Assembly (NCBI GenBank): GCA_950097015.1
Contig: CATNEN010000029.1
Coordinates: 806,001 to 870,000 of the forward strand
Direction of reading: 5' to 3'
Source: Macrostomum hystrix
Taxonomy: Eukaryota; Animalia; Platyhelminthes
Length of the DNA: 64,000 bases
This document shows, one piece after another, positions 35,761 through 48,283 of the stretch. Every line of letters starts with the position of its first letter. The stretch's first letter is position 1. Made by a program: the position numbers and the translations under genes. Below the pieces are notes generated by a model. That model was given only the letters and a program-made list of their open reading frames with translations, was not told the DNA's origin and did not search any database.

Positions 35761-38700
35761 TTAGTCTGAACCCCCAATGGCGCCTTCATCAGGAGGAGGA
35801 GTGGGACACTGACTGGGCTCCGGGTTGTAGAAGGACTGCTCAGCCAAAGCGCTGCGCCCTTTCGACTTTCCTTTGCACTTTTTTAGCATGGAGGCGCGCA
35901 GTGCACTACGGAGAACGACTACCTGACCACTGGACTGCACCCACGGCTCGCCATCAATCTGCGAGTTAATAATTTACAAACGATTTAATGCAAATCCCTG
36001 CAAAGTAAGAAAACATAAATACAACAGATTTACAAGACTCACCTGCACTGGAATGTCACCCTTCAATGTGATCTTAATGTGCCCTCCCTGGGCCAAGCGA
36101 TTGCCGGATCTTAAGCCGCTAAAAATCTGAAATAAAGAAATGTATAAAGCAATTGCATTTCAAAACAAACACACACCTGACTTTACTTCCTATGCATGAA
36201 CATAATCAACACCCACCTCACGCCATCCCCTATGGACATAATCAACACCCACCTCACGCCATTATTATGTACATAGGCAACAATCAACCGAATCCAATCA
36301 TAATGTGCATCCAGCCTTCTTAAAAAATATGGACTAAGTAACATCAGTCAGTCACTTAGCGTTAGTCACATAGATGAACGCGAGAAGATAACTATTTTTC
36401 AAATGAGTGGGCTAAATTCTGTTACCAATAAAAATAGTCTCTTTCATAAAAAAATAAATTAGAGTCACAAACCTGTCCCATGTGCACCATGCCGGTGACG
36501 CCGACCACCTCCAGCTGGCCGTCCCAATGGTTCGGCCGGTTGAAATTGTCGTCCTTCTCTGTGCCCCACGGGTTGGCCCCGCTGGCCCAGGACAGAATGT
36601 TGAGGATAATTATCCCTTCTAGCGGCGGCAGGTCGATGACTTTGCCGTCGACTTCCACAATGATCTGCCGGTGCAGATCCTTGCAGCTGCCCTTGCTCAT
36701 CATCTTTCGCACGCTCATCTTGAAGTACACGCCTTTGTTGTGAAAACGCGAGTTGAACTTGGACGGATTCTCGTTGCGAGCCAGGTGAAAGTCCAGGGAC
36801 ACGTCGGCGTCCAGGCCTGGTGTAAGGAGCATACTTACTATTGAGAAAAATCAACCCAAAAAGGGTAAAAGTCTTTAGACTGTTCCATAAAGCACTCACC
36901 AATGCCAAAGTAGTTATTCATGACAAAGATGCTGGCATTGTCCTCGTTGGTGTTGGCAGCGTTGCAGCCGTACTGCAGCTGCACTTTTGTCTCGTCCTTC
37001 TCCTTCTCCTCCGGGTGGAAGATCACCGTCCACCTGGTGATTTAGAGAGTAGTGGAAGGTAAAAGCGATAAACTTGTACAGAATTTTGCTAAACAGGTGC
37101 GCAGCATCCTGTTCTATTAATAGGACAGCAATCCTATCTTGAGATGTCATGAAATAAGGCTCGGGTGAATTGTGAACTTCCTAAATTTTATTCTCGTCTA
37201 GCTTTGATTAAAATTGTACCGCCATTTCCCTCCTGCCTCGGTCTATCTTTAGAATGCCAAATCACGACTGTTTCCTGCTTAGTTTTAAACCCGACATTTT
37301 TTACCTAGCTGCACTCATTAATTCTCATTTGACTGTCAGAATAGCAGAATATCGTACATGTGGAACTTTGAAAACACTATGTTACGTCAAAAAACTGGCG
37401 CAAATTTTCAGTATTCTGATCGGTCCAACGTTGTGTCAATTGTTAAATCAGAGTTATTTACTCTTTGGTCTTAATCGAATCTAAAGCCATCGAATCGCAA
37501 ATCGTTGACAGTAGAATGACCATATTTTAAGTACCCACATTTTCTTTCTTCTCTATCTCCAAAAATATTCAACCTATCGCCTTGAAAACGCAGAACACGG
37601 GCTACAAACTTTTCTGCTTTAGGAGATAGGGCAGAGAAGAAAGTAAAACACCAACCTCACTCCACATGGGGCAGAGAAGAAAGTCAGACACCCACCTCAC
37701 TCCGCATAGGGCAGAGAAGAAAGTAAAACACCAACCTCACTCCACATGGGGCAGAGAAGAAAGTCAGACACCCACCTCACTCCGCATAGGGCAGAGAAGA
37801 AAGTAAAGCACCAACCTCACTCCACATGGGGCAGAGAAGAAATCCATACAACTCACCTCACTATGTACAAGCCAAAAGTGCTATAGTTTTTTACCATAGT
37901 TTTTAATTCGCGCCATAATTTTTTTGCGGAGCAGACCAGACCAACTTATTGCTAAATAATCGTAGTTTTTCACCGCCAAAAGAGACTCTAGAAAGAATAG
38001 TTAGAAAATGAATCGTTAAATACCAACTAGTCAACAAGCAAATAGCTATTTATCCATTCATTAGAAGAATTCGATCGTTAGAATATTCATCATTAAACTA
38101 TAGCAAAATAGGCAAGGCGAGTCAGTGAGAACATGTCGTAAAGTCCATCAAGCTGCTAGATTGATTTGTAAAATTTGTCGAATTTTGTCCGTTTAGGAAA
38201 ACACGACTTAAAGAAGAAGAAGAAGAAGGATGAGGCGACGATGGCATAGAGGAACTTGAAAGCTGGCCTCATAGATCGATGCCCCGCCTCGGAGGGCTGG
38301 GTGAGACGGCACAGTCGGATAAGGGGATTGAAACCCGGCGCGCAGATGAAGCAGGAAAGAGGACAGAACTGTATTAGGCCGTGCGAAGAAAGACGGGAAG
38401 GAGGGGGCGAGGTCTGAGCAGAGCAGGCGGAGAGACTACACACATACACGCACTGCAGGCACACATGCAAACACAGCTATAGCAAGCATTCGCCAAAGAT
38501 TTTGACCCGCCCCCTTTCCTAGCTAACTGACTGCTATCGCCAGCCGCTGCCACCGTCGAAGCCGCCCCCGCTGCCGCAGTCAGAGGCCGACCGTCTGTGG
38601 CCTGGCCCACGTCTTGCTCCCTTACTTAATACTGCACTCACTGGTTGTGCGCGTCCGCTCATTTTCTCTCTCACTCTGCTCGTCTGTCGGTCTGCCACTC

Positions 38701-41700
38701 CGCCGGCCCACCCTGTCCCGATCTTTTCCTCCCCTACCTTCTAACCCCACATCCCACCCCCATGGGATAAGGAGCGAAAGAATTGGCGGCTTATGGCAAT
38801 AATGCACAGTTTATAGAAAAATAGTACGACTATATATAATATTTTATAAATATAAAGTGAAACCGGGGCGACTCTTGGCGGTGCGCGCGCGTGTGTGTGG
38901 TTGTGTGTTCGTCCGGTTAGACGTTAAACCAGAAGAGAAGGCGGAAAGAACTGCTTGGGATAATCCTAGGCCGAAGCGAGGTCCGCCTCCATGCCTCCCA
39001 CCCCCCACCTGGCATTATTCCGGGCATCCTTCGAGGCTTGACAGCTGTCAGCGGGGTTGGCTGGCTGCGGGGAAGGAACTGTTAAACCAATAATTTCTTC
39101 TTTTAGGGGTTAGCTTAGGGGTTCGAGCTAAATTTACAGTACAGAAGGTAAGGGTGGAACAGTGGCCTAGTAACTATATGAGCACTGTTCTCACCGGTCG
39201 AGCGTGACTACCTCGGCCTCAGCCACGTCTCTGAGTATGTTGAGGGGATACTCCTGGCCGGAGTAGCCGGAGCCCCAGCGCAGCACCCGGGACAGGTCGT
39301 TGCCGGTGCCCAGCGGCACAATGGCCATTGGCGGATAATTGCACTTGGCATCCGGGCCCACATTGTCCAGGCAGCTCAGGGCCCAGCCCACTGTGCCGTC
39401 ACCGCCGCAGACCAGGATCTTGTAGTAGGACACGTGCCTGAATACGTACAGGCCCGGCAGCGGGCCGCCGTAGTCCAGGTTGAACACCTGGTGCGGATTG
39501 AGCAGCTTTCTAAAAGCGGTGATGAGCTCAATACCCTGGCAGCCTCCGCTCTTCACGTTGACCAGCACCAGCACCGGACTAACACCGTCAGGAATCATTT
39601 CCGGGTGCAGCTGGGGCAATAGCAGCACTAGCAGGGGCTTCTCGTCGAACCACTGCTCGCGAAGGATATTATAAGCTTGCTGTAGGCGGCGAGGATTTTT
39701 GTAGATTAAGATCATGGCACCGTACTCGTAGTAGATCACGTCTATGGAGTCCCATTTGTTCTCTGAGTTGAATTTGGTGGTAGAGAAGGATACGTTTTTC
39801 ATTTATAAAAATAATTTGAAACATATAGGCGTAAAGTACGATTGTTACACATAATAAATTAACTGTAGCCCTGCTATCGTATATATTGTAGGGTGAGGTG
39901 GCTGCTATTTCTCTACCCCAAGAAGTGGGTTGGCTGTTGTTTCTCTGCCCGAAGAGTGGGGTGGCTGTTATTTCTCTACCCCGAGGAGTGAGGTGGCTTT
40001 TATTTCTCTGTCCCAACGAGTGAAGTGGCAGTTTTTTTTCACGCATAATGCCCAATCTTTAGTCATGGCCATTGTACCAAGAAAAATACCTTGAAAAAAG
40101 CAATGCGGCGATTTTATGACACCCGAAATGAAAATTTTCGCTAATTTACTAGGAAGCTCGTAAATAGATGGTACAAAAATTATTTCACACAACATCAGAA
40201 TGAAATGGAAAATAGACCCTCACAGTGGCACGGCTAGCTTCGGGAAGTAACTTGAGCTTGGAAGCTAATCCGACTGTCAGTTTTAGTCTGAGAAGAAGAT
40301 GAAACGGGATAGATGGGAAGCTCAGACCGAGGTCTATCAGACGGAATGTCTAAGACTGAAAGTGGAAAATGCCCTAAGTGGAGGTTTTGAAAAAGACAGA
40401 GGAGGACAGCCCCCTCCCCAATAGAGGAGCAAAGCGAACTGACTGAAAGGCTTCTACTGAGGAGACGTGGCGGAGGAGCAAGAAAAGGGTGCGGATAGGA
40501 TTCAGCTGCTCGAAATAAAAGTACATTTGAAGAAAGATGAGGCAGGCTATCATGGAGAACCGTTCAAGGACTGATCTGGTCAGGGCTGATTGAATAAAAT
40601 CGTTTTTGTCCATGAACTAGTATGGAAAAACTATTGACAGCTGCACCAAACTTTTATCCGTGAAACGCAAGACGACGCCTGATTAAAGCCGGTTTGGATT
40701 GGCCAGAACTGAAACTGAACCAAATGCAAGACAGAAATTAAGAATAAGCGCTTTTCATCCCACTTGCTCTCTCCACAAGAGGCAAGGAAAATGAGGATTC
40801 CTAGGTTAAAAAAGAGGGACGGAAATAGTCTGCATGGGGAGGATGAGAAGGCGAAGATAACAGGAAGGAAGCTGCATAGCTACAGGGGTCGGAGACCGAG
40901 ATCCCTTGTTTGTTAGCACAAGGAGGGGGAAATTAGATTGGAGCCAGAATAACACACTCACGCCGAGGCATACAGAATTAGGGTAGCCAAAAAGCGTCAT
41001 GCATCGAAGCTTCTCAAGCAAAGACAATTTGCAAGTAAATCACTTCCAGCCTCCTCGTGCAACTGGGGTGCGGCTGACAGACCCAGCGAAGGAGGAAGGC
41101 AGAAGACCAAAGGACTGCCGCTGTGCTTCCCTAAATAGGAATTCGGAACAAATTATTATTCGGCCATGGCCTAGCCAACTTTGAGAGAAAAGCAAGAAGA
41201 AATACGACCGACTGGGAAAGTGCACAATGCGACTGGATTGCCCTCAGACCCAGCCACCTGTCTCGCCTCTCCTATCCCGCAGTATTGTGCTTGCTGGGAA
41301 TAATGGCCAAAACGCGAGATAGAGAGCCTAGTACTTAACAATGCTGATGACATTGCAAATAATTTTGCTTGTGCAAAAATGCATTAGTTGATTAAAGCTG
41401 ATATTTAGGTAGGAAGGATAGAGAAGAGAGACAGAGAAGGATGTGAATCACAATAATCTATAATTCCCATATTTATGACCAGTGAAATCAGCCCTTCTTT
41501 GCATATCCCCATCCCAGATCCCATCTCAGAGAAGAAGCCATCTCCCCGCCTTCCACTGCCTATTCCCACATCCCAGATCCCATCTCTGACACCAAGCCAT
41601 CTCCCAGCCTTCCACTGCATATTCTCACATACCAGATCCCATCTCAGTGATCAAGCCATCACCCCGCCTTCCACTGCATATTCTCACATCCCAGATCCCA

Positions 41701-44700
41701 TCTCAGTGATCAAGCCATCACCCCGCCTTCCACTGCTCATTCCCACATCCCAGATCCCATCTCAGTGATCAAGCCATCTCCCCGCCTTCCACTGCATATT
41801 CCCACATCCCAGATCCCATCTCAGTGATCAAGCCATCTCAGTGATTCTCACCTGGTCCCAGCTTCTCAAGCAGGATCTTCTCGTAGACTCGTTGCGACAT
41901 GCCCGACTTGAGGTTGCCAACGTACATGGCCAGCCCCGTGTAGCGCGGATCAATGACGGGCTGGATGTAGAATCTTGTCAGCATGAACTGCCGCACAGAC
42001 TCCCGCCTAATCGAGTGCATCAGCTGCAGCGGCTTCTCATCCCTGGCCAAGGTGCGCTCCGTCACCTGCTTGTCCAGGCTGACCTCAACCAGGTCCAACT
42101 GGCTGGCGTCCAACTGCTCTGCGCCGAACTTCTTCAATGCGTAGACAATAGCCTCCTGGGCTGTGGTCTCCTTGGTGACTGTCACGAATCTGGGATGAGA
42201 TTGTGCGAGGAACCTCATTACAATTTCAGATCCCATTTTAGGAACCCCATTACCATTTTAGATCCCCTTTTAGGAACCCCTATTACTATTTTAGATCCCA
42301 TTTTAGGTACCCCCATTACCATTTTAGATCCCATTTTAGGAACCCCTATTACCATTTTAGATCCCATTTTAGGAACCCCTATTACCATTTTAGATCCCAT
42401 TTTAGGAACCCCCAATACCATTTTAGATCCCATTTTAGGAACCCCTATTGTTATTTTAGATTTCATTTTAGGAACATCAATACAATTATACATCCCATTT
42501 TAGAAACCCCATTGCCATTTTAGATCTCATTTTAGGAACCTCGTTACCATTTCAGATCCCGTTTTAGGAACCCCTATTACTATTTTAGATCCCATTTTAG
42601 GAACTGCCCACGTGAGTATATTATCATTAGATTTTTCAGATTTCATACGGTTTTATCACCCGACTATTGAGTAGTGAGTTGTTACCATGACAACAAGCCC
42701 GCATTGGACTCACTTGAAGCTGCTGGTCACTCGAGTGAAGTACAGCAGGCCTGTGGGGTAAATCCTTATGGAGGCACGATTAGCGTCCTTCTCTCTGTAG
42801 CGCAGAATGACCGCTGGGCGCCGACTGTCGAAGCGAAACTGCTGCCTTAGAGGCAACGATTCGTCCAGACGGCGCTCAGAACCGTCGCGCTCGTTCAGCT
42901 CCACCAGGGTGTACTGGCGCGGGTCGTCCAGGATGTGATAGATTCGCAGCGCGCAGTCGGTCAGCTGGGCCAGGGTTGTGCCCCGCTGGATGGAGACGAT
43001 ACGGTACTGCTTGCGCTGTGCAGCTCCGTTGCCATCGTAGATCTTCACAAGGTCCTCGCTGACCTCCTGACGCTCCTTCGGACTGCGCCTGTCGGTGGCA
43101 GCTCCGCCTCCGCCGCTACCGCCGCCTCCGACTCCGGCTCCGCCTCCGGCTGCGGCGGCAACATTGGCGATGGCTGCGTCGTCGCGGGCGGAGTCACCGC
43201 CGCTGCTGGACCAGTCCTCGCTGATGGTGCGGGCTGGCGGGGTGATGGAATATGGATCTGTGACGATTGTCTAGATAGCTAACTATTTAGGAATTTAGAA
43301 AGCAAAGCGCCTGTTCTTTATGGTGTCACCTGTTCTATATGGTGTCACCTGTTGTTTATGGTGTCACCTGTTCTTTATGGTGTCACCTGTTCTTTATGGT
43401 GTCACCTGTTGTTTATGGTGTCACCTGATCTTTATGGTGTCACCTGTTCTTTATGGTGTCACCTGTTCTTTATGGTGTCACCTGATCTTTATGGTGTCAC
43501 CTGTTCTTTATGGTGTCACCTGTTCTTTATGGTGTCACCTGATCTTTATGGTGTCACCTGTTCTTTATGGTGTCACCTGTTCTTTATGGTGTCACCTGAT
43601 CTTTATGGTGTCACCTGTTCTTTATGGTGTCACCTGATCTTTATGGTGTCACCTGTTCTTGATCGTGTCACCTGTTCTTTATGGTGTCACCTGTTCTTGA
43701 TCGTGTCACCTGTTCTTTATGGTGTCACCTGTACTTTACGGTGTCACCGGTACTTTTCAATAAAGTATGAACTGTAACCTGTTTGTCTAGAGTGTCACCT
43801 TTTGTTCAAAAGTGTGCGTCACCTACTAAATTTTTTTGTAGTTTGCAGGCAAAGCTCTACGCTGTTTAATTGAAGAAGATATAGTACAACGTTTATAGAC
43901 AACGCCAGAGAAAGATTGATAAATGTTGACTGCTGATCTCTGATATCTAAAAATTTAGAGCACATGAAGTACTCACAAGTAGAATTCGGCCTGTTTACAA
44001 ATTCAAATCAATCTTAAGTAAGCTACACAATAAGTAATAAATACAAAACACAGAAATTGACATGAAGTTAATATTTTTTCTTCACAAAAGTCAGCACAAC
44101 AACTAATAGTTGCTTCCTTGTTTATAGACATGTGCAAATTATCCTAACTAATCAGTTGACCTTACCTGGCAGGGCAGCTGGAAAAGGAAGAAGAGGCGAC
44201 AATTTCAAATTGCAGCGGATTTATTTCCAAGAAATTGCTGCTGGCATTTCAGATGAGGATAAAGGAGAGGGCAAATATTATCGCTAAACTTCCGGGTTGA
44301 TTAATATAATTTAACCAACTATCCTATTATTTGATTTTCTCCGCTGTACCTATCAGTTAATTCTACGGCATAACAAGGATATTTTAGTAGCGGCCGCCAC
44401 CAAGGATTTGGGGGTGACATCAGGAGTTTGAGGGTATCACACGAGGATTTGGGGGTGACATCAGGAGTTTGAGGGTCTCACACGAGGATTTGGGGGTGAC
44501 ATCAGGAGTTTGAGGGTCTCACACGAGGATTTGGGGGTGACATCAGGAGTTTGAGGGTCTCACACGAGGATTTGGGGGTGACATCAGGAGTTTGAGGGTC
44601 TCACACGAGGATTTGGGGGTGACATCAGGAGTTTGAGGGTATCACACGAGGATTTGGGGGTGACATCAGCAGTTTGCATGTCACACACGAGGATTTGGAG

Positions 44701-47700
44701 GTGACATCAGCAGTTTCAGGGTCTCACACGAGGATTTGGGGGTGACATCAGGAGTTTGAGGGTCTCACACGAGGATTTGGGGTCTTTCAGCAGGGATTTG
44801 GGGGGTGTCACCAGGGATTTATGGGGCTGTCACCAGGGATTTATGGGGCTGTCACCAGGGATTTGGGAGGTTGTCACAAGGGATTTATGGGCTGTCACCA
44901 GGGATTTATGGGCTGTCACCAGGGATTTATGGGCTGTCACCAGGGATTTATGGGCTGTCACCAGGGATTTGGGGGGTGTCACCAGGGATTTATGGGGCTG
45001 TCACCAGGGATTTATGGGGCTGTCACCAGGGATTTATGGGCTGTCACCAGGGATTTGGGGGGTGTCACCAGGGATTTATAGGGCTGTCACCAGGGATTTG
45101 GGGGGTGTCACCAGGGATTTATGGGGCTGTCACCAGGGATTTGGGGGGTGTCACCAGGGATTTATGGGGCTGTCACCAGGGATTTATGGGCTGTCACCAG
45201 GGATTTATGGGCTGTCACCAGGGATTTGGGGGTGTCACCTGGGATTTATGGGGCTGTCACCAGGGATTTATAGGGCTGTCACCAGTGATTTGGGAGGTTG
45301 TCGCCAAGGATTTGGGAGGCTGTCACCAGTGGTTTGAGGGGCTGTCACCAGGGATTTGGCACCAAGTGTTTATGGCTTCTGTCTTGCTTTTCAATTTCCG
45401 TACTACTGTATTTTTTCTATCAATCTATGGTTCTGCTTATTCAGTAATTGGCTCTCGTGTCAAATTTTCTTTTAAGTCGGAATACCGTGAAAATATTTTT
45501 TCAAACACACTCAGAAGCAACACTGAGAATTACAAAACTCAATCAAAATGGAGCTTAAAGCCCAACCTCCTAAATGATTTGGCGCCGGCTTTGATCTACC
45601 GAAATCCTGTCTCAGGCTCACTTGAATTACTCGTAGCAAAAATGTGCTCAATATCGAATATCAGAGTTTGATACTGAATTGATAATTCAGGCTAAGGTGG
45701 AGTCGATTTTACCTGTCAATACTTGGCAGCCAACGTCAATGTCACTAAGGTCCAGATATCCCAGATACCCAGATCCCAGTGCAAAATTATCGCGAGATGT
45801 CAAACACGAAAGATTGTGCACAATCGTCTGATTGGCTGGCAGTGAGATGAGACAGCGGTGTGAGTGAGCTTGTGAGACTAACAAATTAAGGAATTAATTT
45901 TAGAAAAGTAAAACTGCTGACACAGACGAATAGAAGAACACGGGTGCGTCTAAAATGAAAGAGAAATTAGTTCAAAACATAGTTACTAATTGAATAGGCT
46001 AGATTATAACAGTATCTTTTGCGGGTTAAACAGAGAATGCGATGAGAAGAATTGAGGATTGGAGCAAAGAGAACATTGGGGGATCAGCGCGGCCGATGCT
46101 CTCACATGTGTTGCGACGCTGCAGGCCGAAGATCTTGTCCAGCGGAATGTCCGTCCTGGGCAGAGTGACGGCGCCAGGCGGCAGGACGATCTCGCCCAGG
46201 ATGCCGAAGCTGCAGTCGGCCGGCAGCGCCCGGTGGCAGCCGGCGTGAGCAGCCAGGCCGCACCATTCGCAGCGATAGCCGCTGAGGCACTCGGAGCTCC
46301 AGCAGGTGCGCTTGCACACCGCGCACTTGGAGTTACCTGGCAGGTTGCCTTCGCGCCAGTGATGCGGCTGGCCCTAAATTGAAGTCAAATAACTGTGTTC
46401 TCAGCTAAACGGCATGAGTAATTTTGATATAGCTAGTGGTTAGGGGCACTGGAACAATGTGTGTCCTTTGACACTTAACTCTGCATTGCTTCAGTTCACC
46501 CAGCTGTTAAATAGGTACCCGCATTTGCTGGGGTGATTGAAGGGTGGGTGTGGCGTCCCCCCAGTCCATAGACTGAACAGCCGTACGCAGCCTTCAGATG
46601 CGCCGCGCAATAGCTGCGGCTGTGCCTGTCGGCTGCACATCTGGCCCAATTGGGGCAGGTGTAATCAATTATTATTATAACTATTAATTAATTATAACTC
46701 GATTGATAGTAAAATGCCTCGGAGACAAATATAGCCGCGAATTGAAGTCAATTTGTAAAGCACTCACCTGCTGACTGTCAGGAGCGTAGGTGGCGCACTC
46801 TTTGCAATCGTTGGTGACAAAGTCCTGGCACTCCAGGTGGCAATAGTATTCGCAGACTAAGAAAAATTTTAACATGGTAACGCGTGTGGTAACGCCAACA
46901 GCAACAAAGATAAATCGCCAGATACTGACGGGACTAGATTCTAAATTCCATGAAAGAGCTTTATTAACTATTCGGGTCCGAGAAAAAACACAATCGATTA
47001 ATTGGACAGCTGGCCATAGTTGCCATGCTTAATTATTTATTGCTTTTAAATTCAGCGAATGGCTTTGGCTCGATTTTGCAAGTTAAAAATTAAAGGCAGT
47101 AACTATAGGCGAGTTAGAGTTCAATTTGACACTAGTGCACTGAAGGATGAGAATTGTCCGCGAAAGAAGGTCAGACAGCCTGAAGGACAGGATGTCAGGG
47201 TGGACAAACTGAAGGACAGGATGTCAGGGTGGACAAACTGAAGGACAGGATGTCAGGGTGGACAAACTGAAGGACAGGATGTCAGGGTGGACAAACTGAA
47301 GGACAGGATGTCGGTGGTCAAACTGAAGGACAGGATGTCAGGGTGGTCAAACTGAAGGACAGGATGTCAGGGTGGTCAAACTGAAGGACAGGATGTCAGG
47401 GTGGTCAAACTGAAGGACAGGATGTCAGGGTGATCAAACTGAAGGACAGGATGTCAGGGTGGACAAACTGAAGGACAGGATGTCGGTGGTCAAACTGAAG
47501 GACAGGATGTCAGGGTGGTCAAACTGAAGGACAGGATGTCAGGGTGGTCAAACTGAAGGACAGGATGTCAGGGTGGTCAAACTGAAGGACAGGATGTCAG
47601 GGTGATCAAACTGAAGGACAGGATGTCAGGGTGATCAAACTGAAGGACAGGATGTCAGGGTGGTCTCAGGGTGGTCAAACTGAAGGACAGGATGTCAGGG

Positions 47701-48283
47701 TGGACAAACTGAAGGACAGGATGTCAGGGTAATCAAACTGAAGGACAGGATGTCAGGGTGGTCAAACTGAAGGACAGAGCTGAACAAGCAGGGCATAGAA
47801 GTGGTTCCTTAGGGCCTTACTCTCGCATCTGACAGCCGGATAGTCTTCCAGTCGTTTTCGGCAGACGTTGCAAAATTTGCGCTTAAAATGCGACGGATCG
47901 CTCCAACAGTGAGAGACCGGCCGCAGCACCAGGTTAGGCGCTATGCAGGTGCAGGGAGACAGCACTGATTTTAGGCATCGGTCGTGCACAGTGAATGAGC
48001 ACAGGCTGCAGATGAAGCCCTGTGACAGCAGGCCCCAAAGCATCTCGGAGCAGTGGTGACAGTAGGTTGGCCTGTGAAATGTCTTCTTAACAAAGCTGTG
48101 CTTGTGCCCGGCCTCCGGGTCGACGCCGCCACCGACGCCGCTCTCGTCGAAGCCGGTGCCAAGAGCGACGCCGCCGCTGCCGCCGTTGCCACCGGAGCCG
48201 CCGCAGCCGCCGTGTCCGCCGCCGTGACTGTCAGAGTTGACAGTATCCTGAGGCTCCCAGACGAGGTCGTACTCGTGAGACAT
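35761..48283 (-). CDS. DGKQ: Diacylglycerol kinase theta (type V; three C1 domains, RA/RRM-like region, DAGKc, DAGKa); about 1009 aa
   Basis: Exons 48283-47821, 46856-46768, 46373-46106, 43257-42714, 42189-41852, 39762-39195, 37033-36900, 36816-36473, 36126-36043, 35958-35761; phases consistent, 3030 nt. Three C1 domains (HSF..YCHHC, HCW..FCNVC, HHWREGNLP), VNVKSGG, CGGDGTVGW, PLGTGNDLSR, MNNYFGIGLDA, QIDGEPW. The N-terminus could extend into an unseen upstream exon (acceptor at 48300). Confidence 0.93.
37627..37862. repeat. Second array of the 40-bp family, about 6 copies, DGK intron 6
   Basis: gggcagagaagaaagt..acacc(a/c)acctcactcc units. Confidence 0.9.
41503..41845. repeat. About 60-bp tandem repeat, 5-6 copies, abutting the DGK exon 5 donor
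   Basis: cccagatcccatctcagtgatcaagccatc..ccccgccttccactgc units. Confidence 0.9.
42225..42605. repeat. 33-bp minisatellite (GATCCCATTTTAGGAACCCCTATTACCATTTTA), about 11 copies, DGK intron 4
   Basis: Read directly. Confidence 0.93.
43312..43800. repeat. 19-bp minisatellite (GGTGTCACCTGTTCTTTAT), about 24 copies, DGK intron 3
   Basis: Palindrome GGTG-T-CACC. Confidence 0.95.
44166..44177 (-). CDS. Candidate 12-nt microexon of DGK-theta (phase 1/1)
   Basis: Minus strand reads ctcttcttccttttccag|CTGCCCTGCCAG|gtaagg: strong pyrimidine tract, consensus donor, frame-preserving between exons 3 and 4. Confidence 0.45.
44405..45360. repeat. Compound array: 41-bp unit (about 9 copies), then 21-22-bp GTCACCAGGGATTTATGGG(G)CT (about 26 copies)
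   Basis: Read directly; the switch is near 44790. Confidence 0.93.
46428..46685 (+). mobile_element. SINE family C with CORE-like central domain
   Basis: Head tagctagtggttaggg; centre gtgtcctttgacacttaactct..gcttcagttcacccagctgttaaataggtacc resembles the CORE/MIR-type domain (from memory); (ATT)n tail; a related fragment lies at about 55192-55260. Confidence 0.5.
47175..47778. repeat. 29-bp minisatellite (AAACTGAAGGACAGGATGTCAGGGTGGTC), about 21 copies, DGK intron 1
   Basis: Read directly. Confidence 0.95.

Noticed and set aside
35079-35769. Overlapping GAEKKVRP-type ORFs
   Set aside because: The 40-bp unit cycles through frames; the array lies downstream of the DGK stop.
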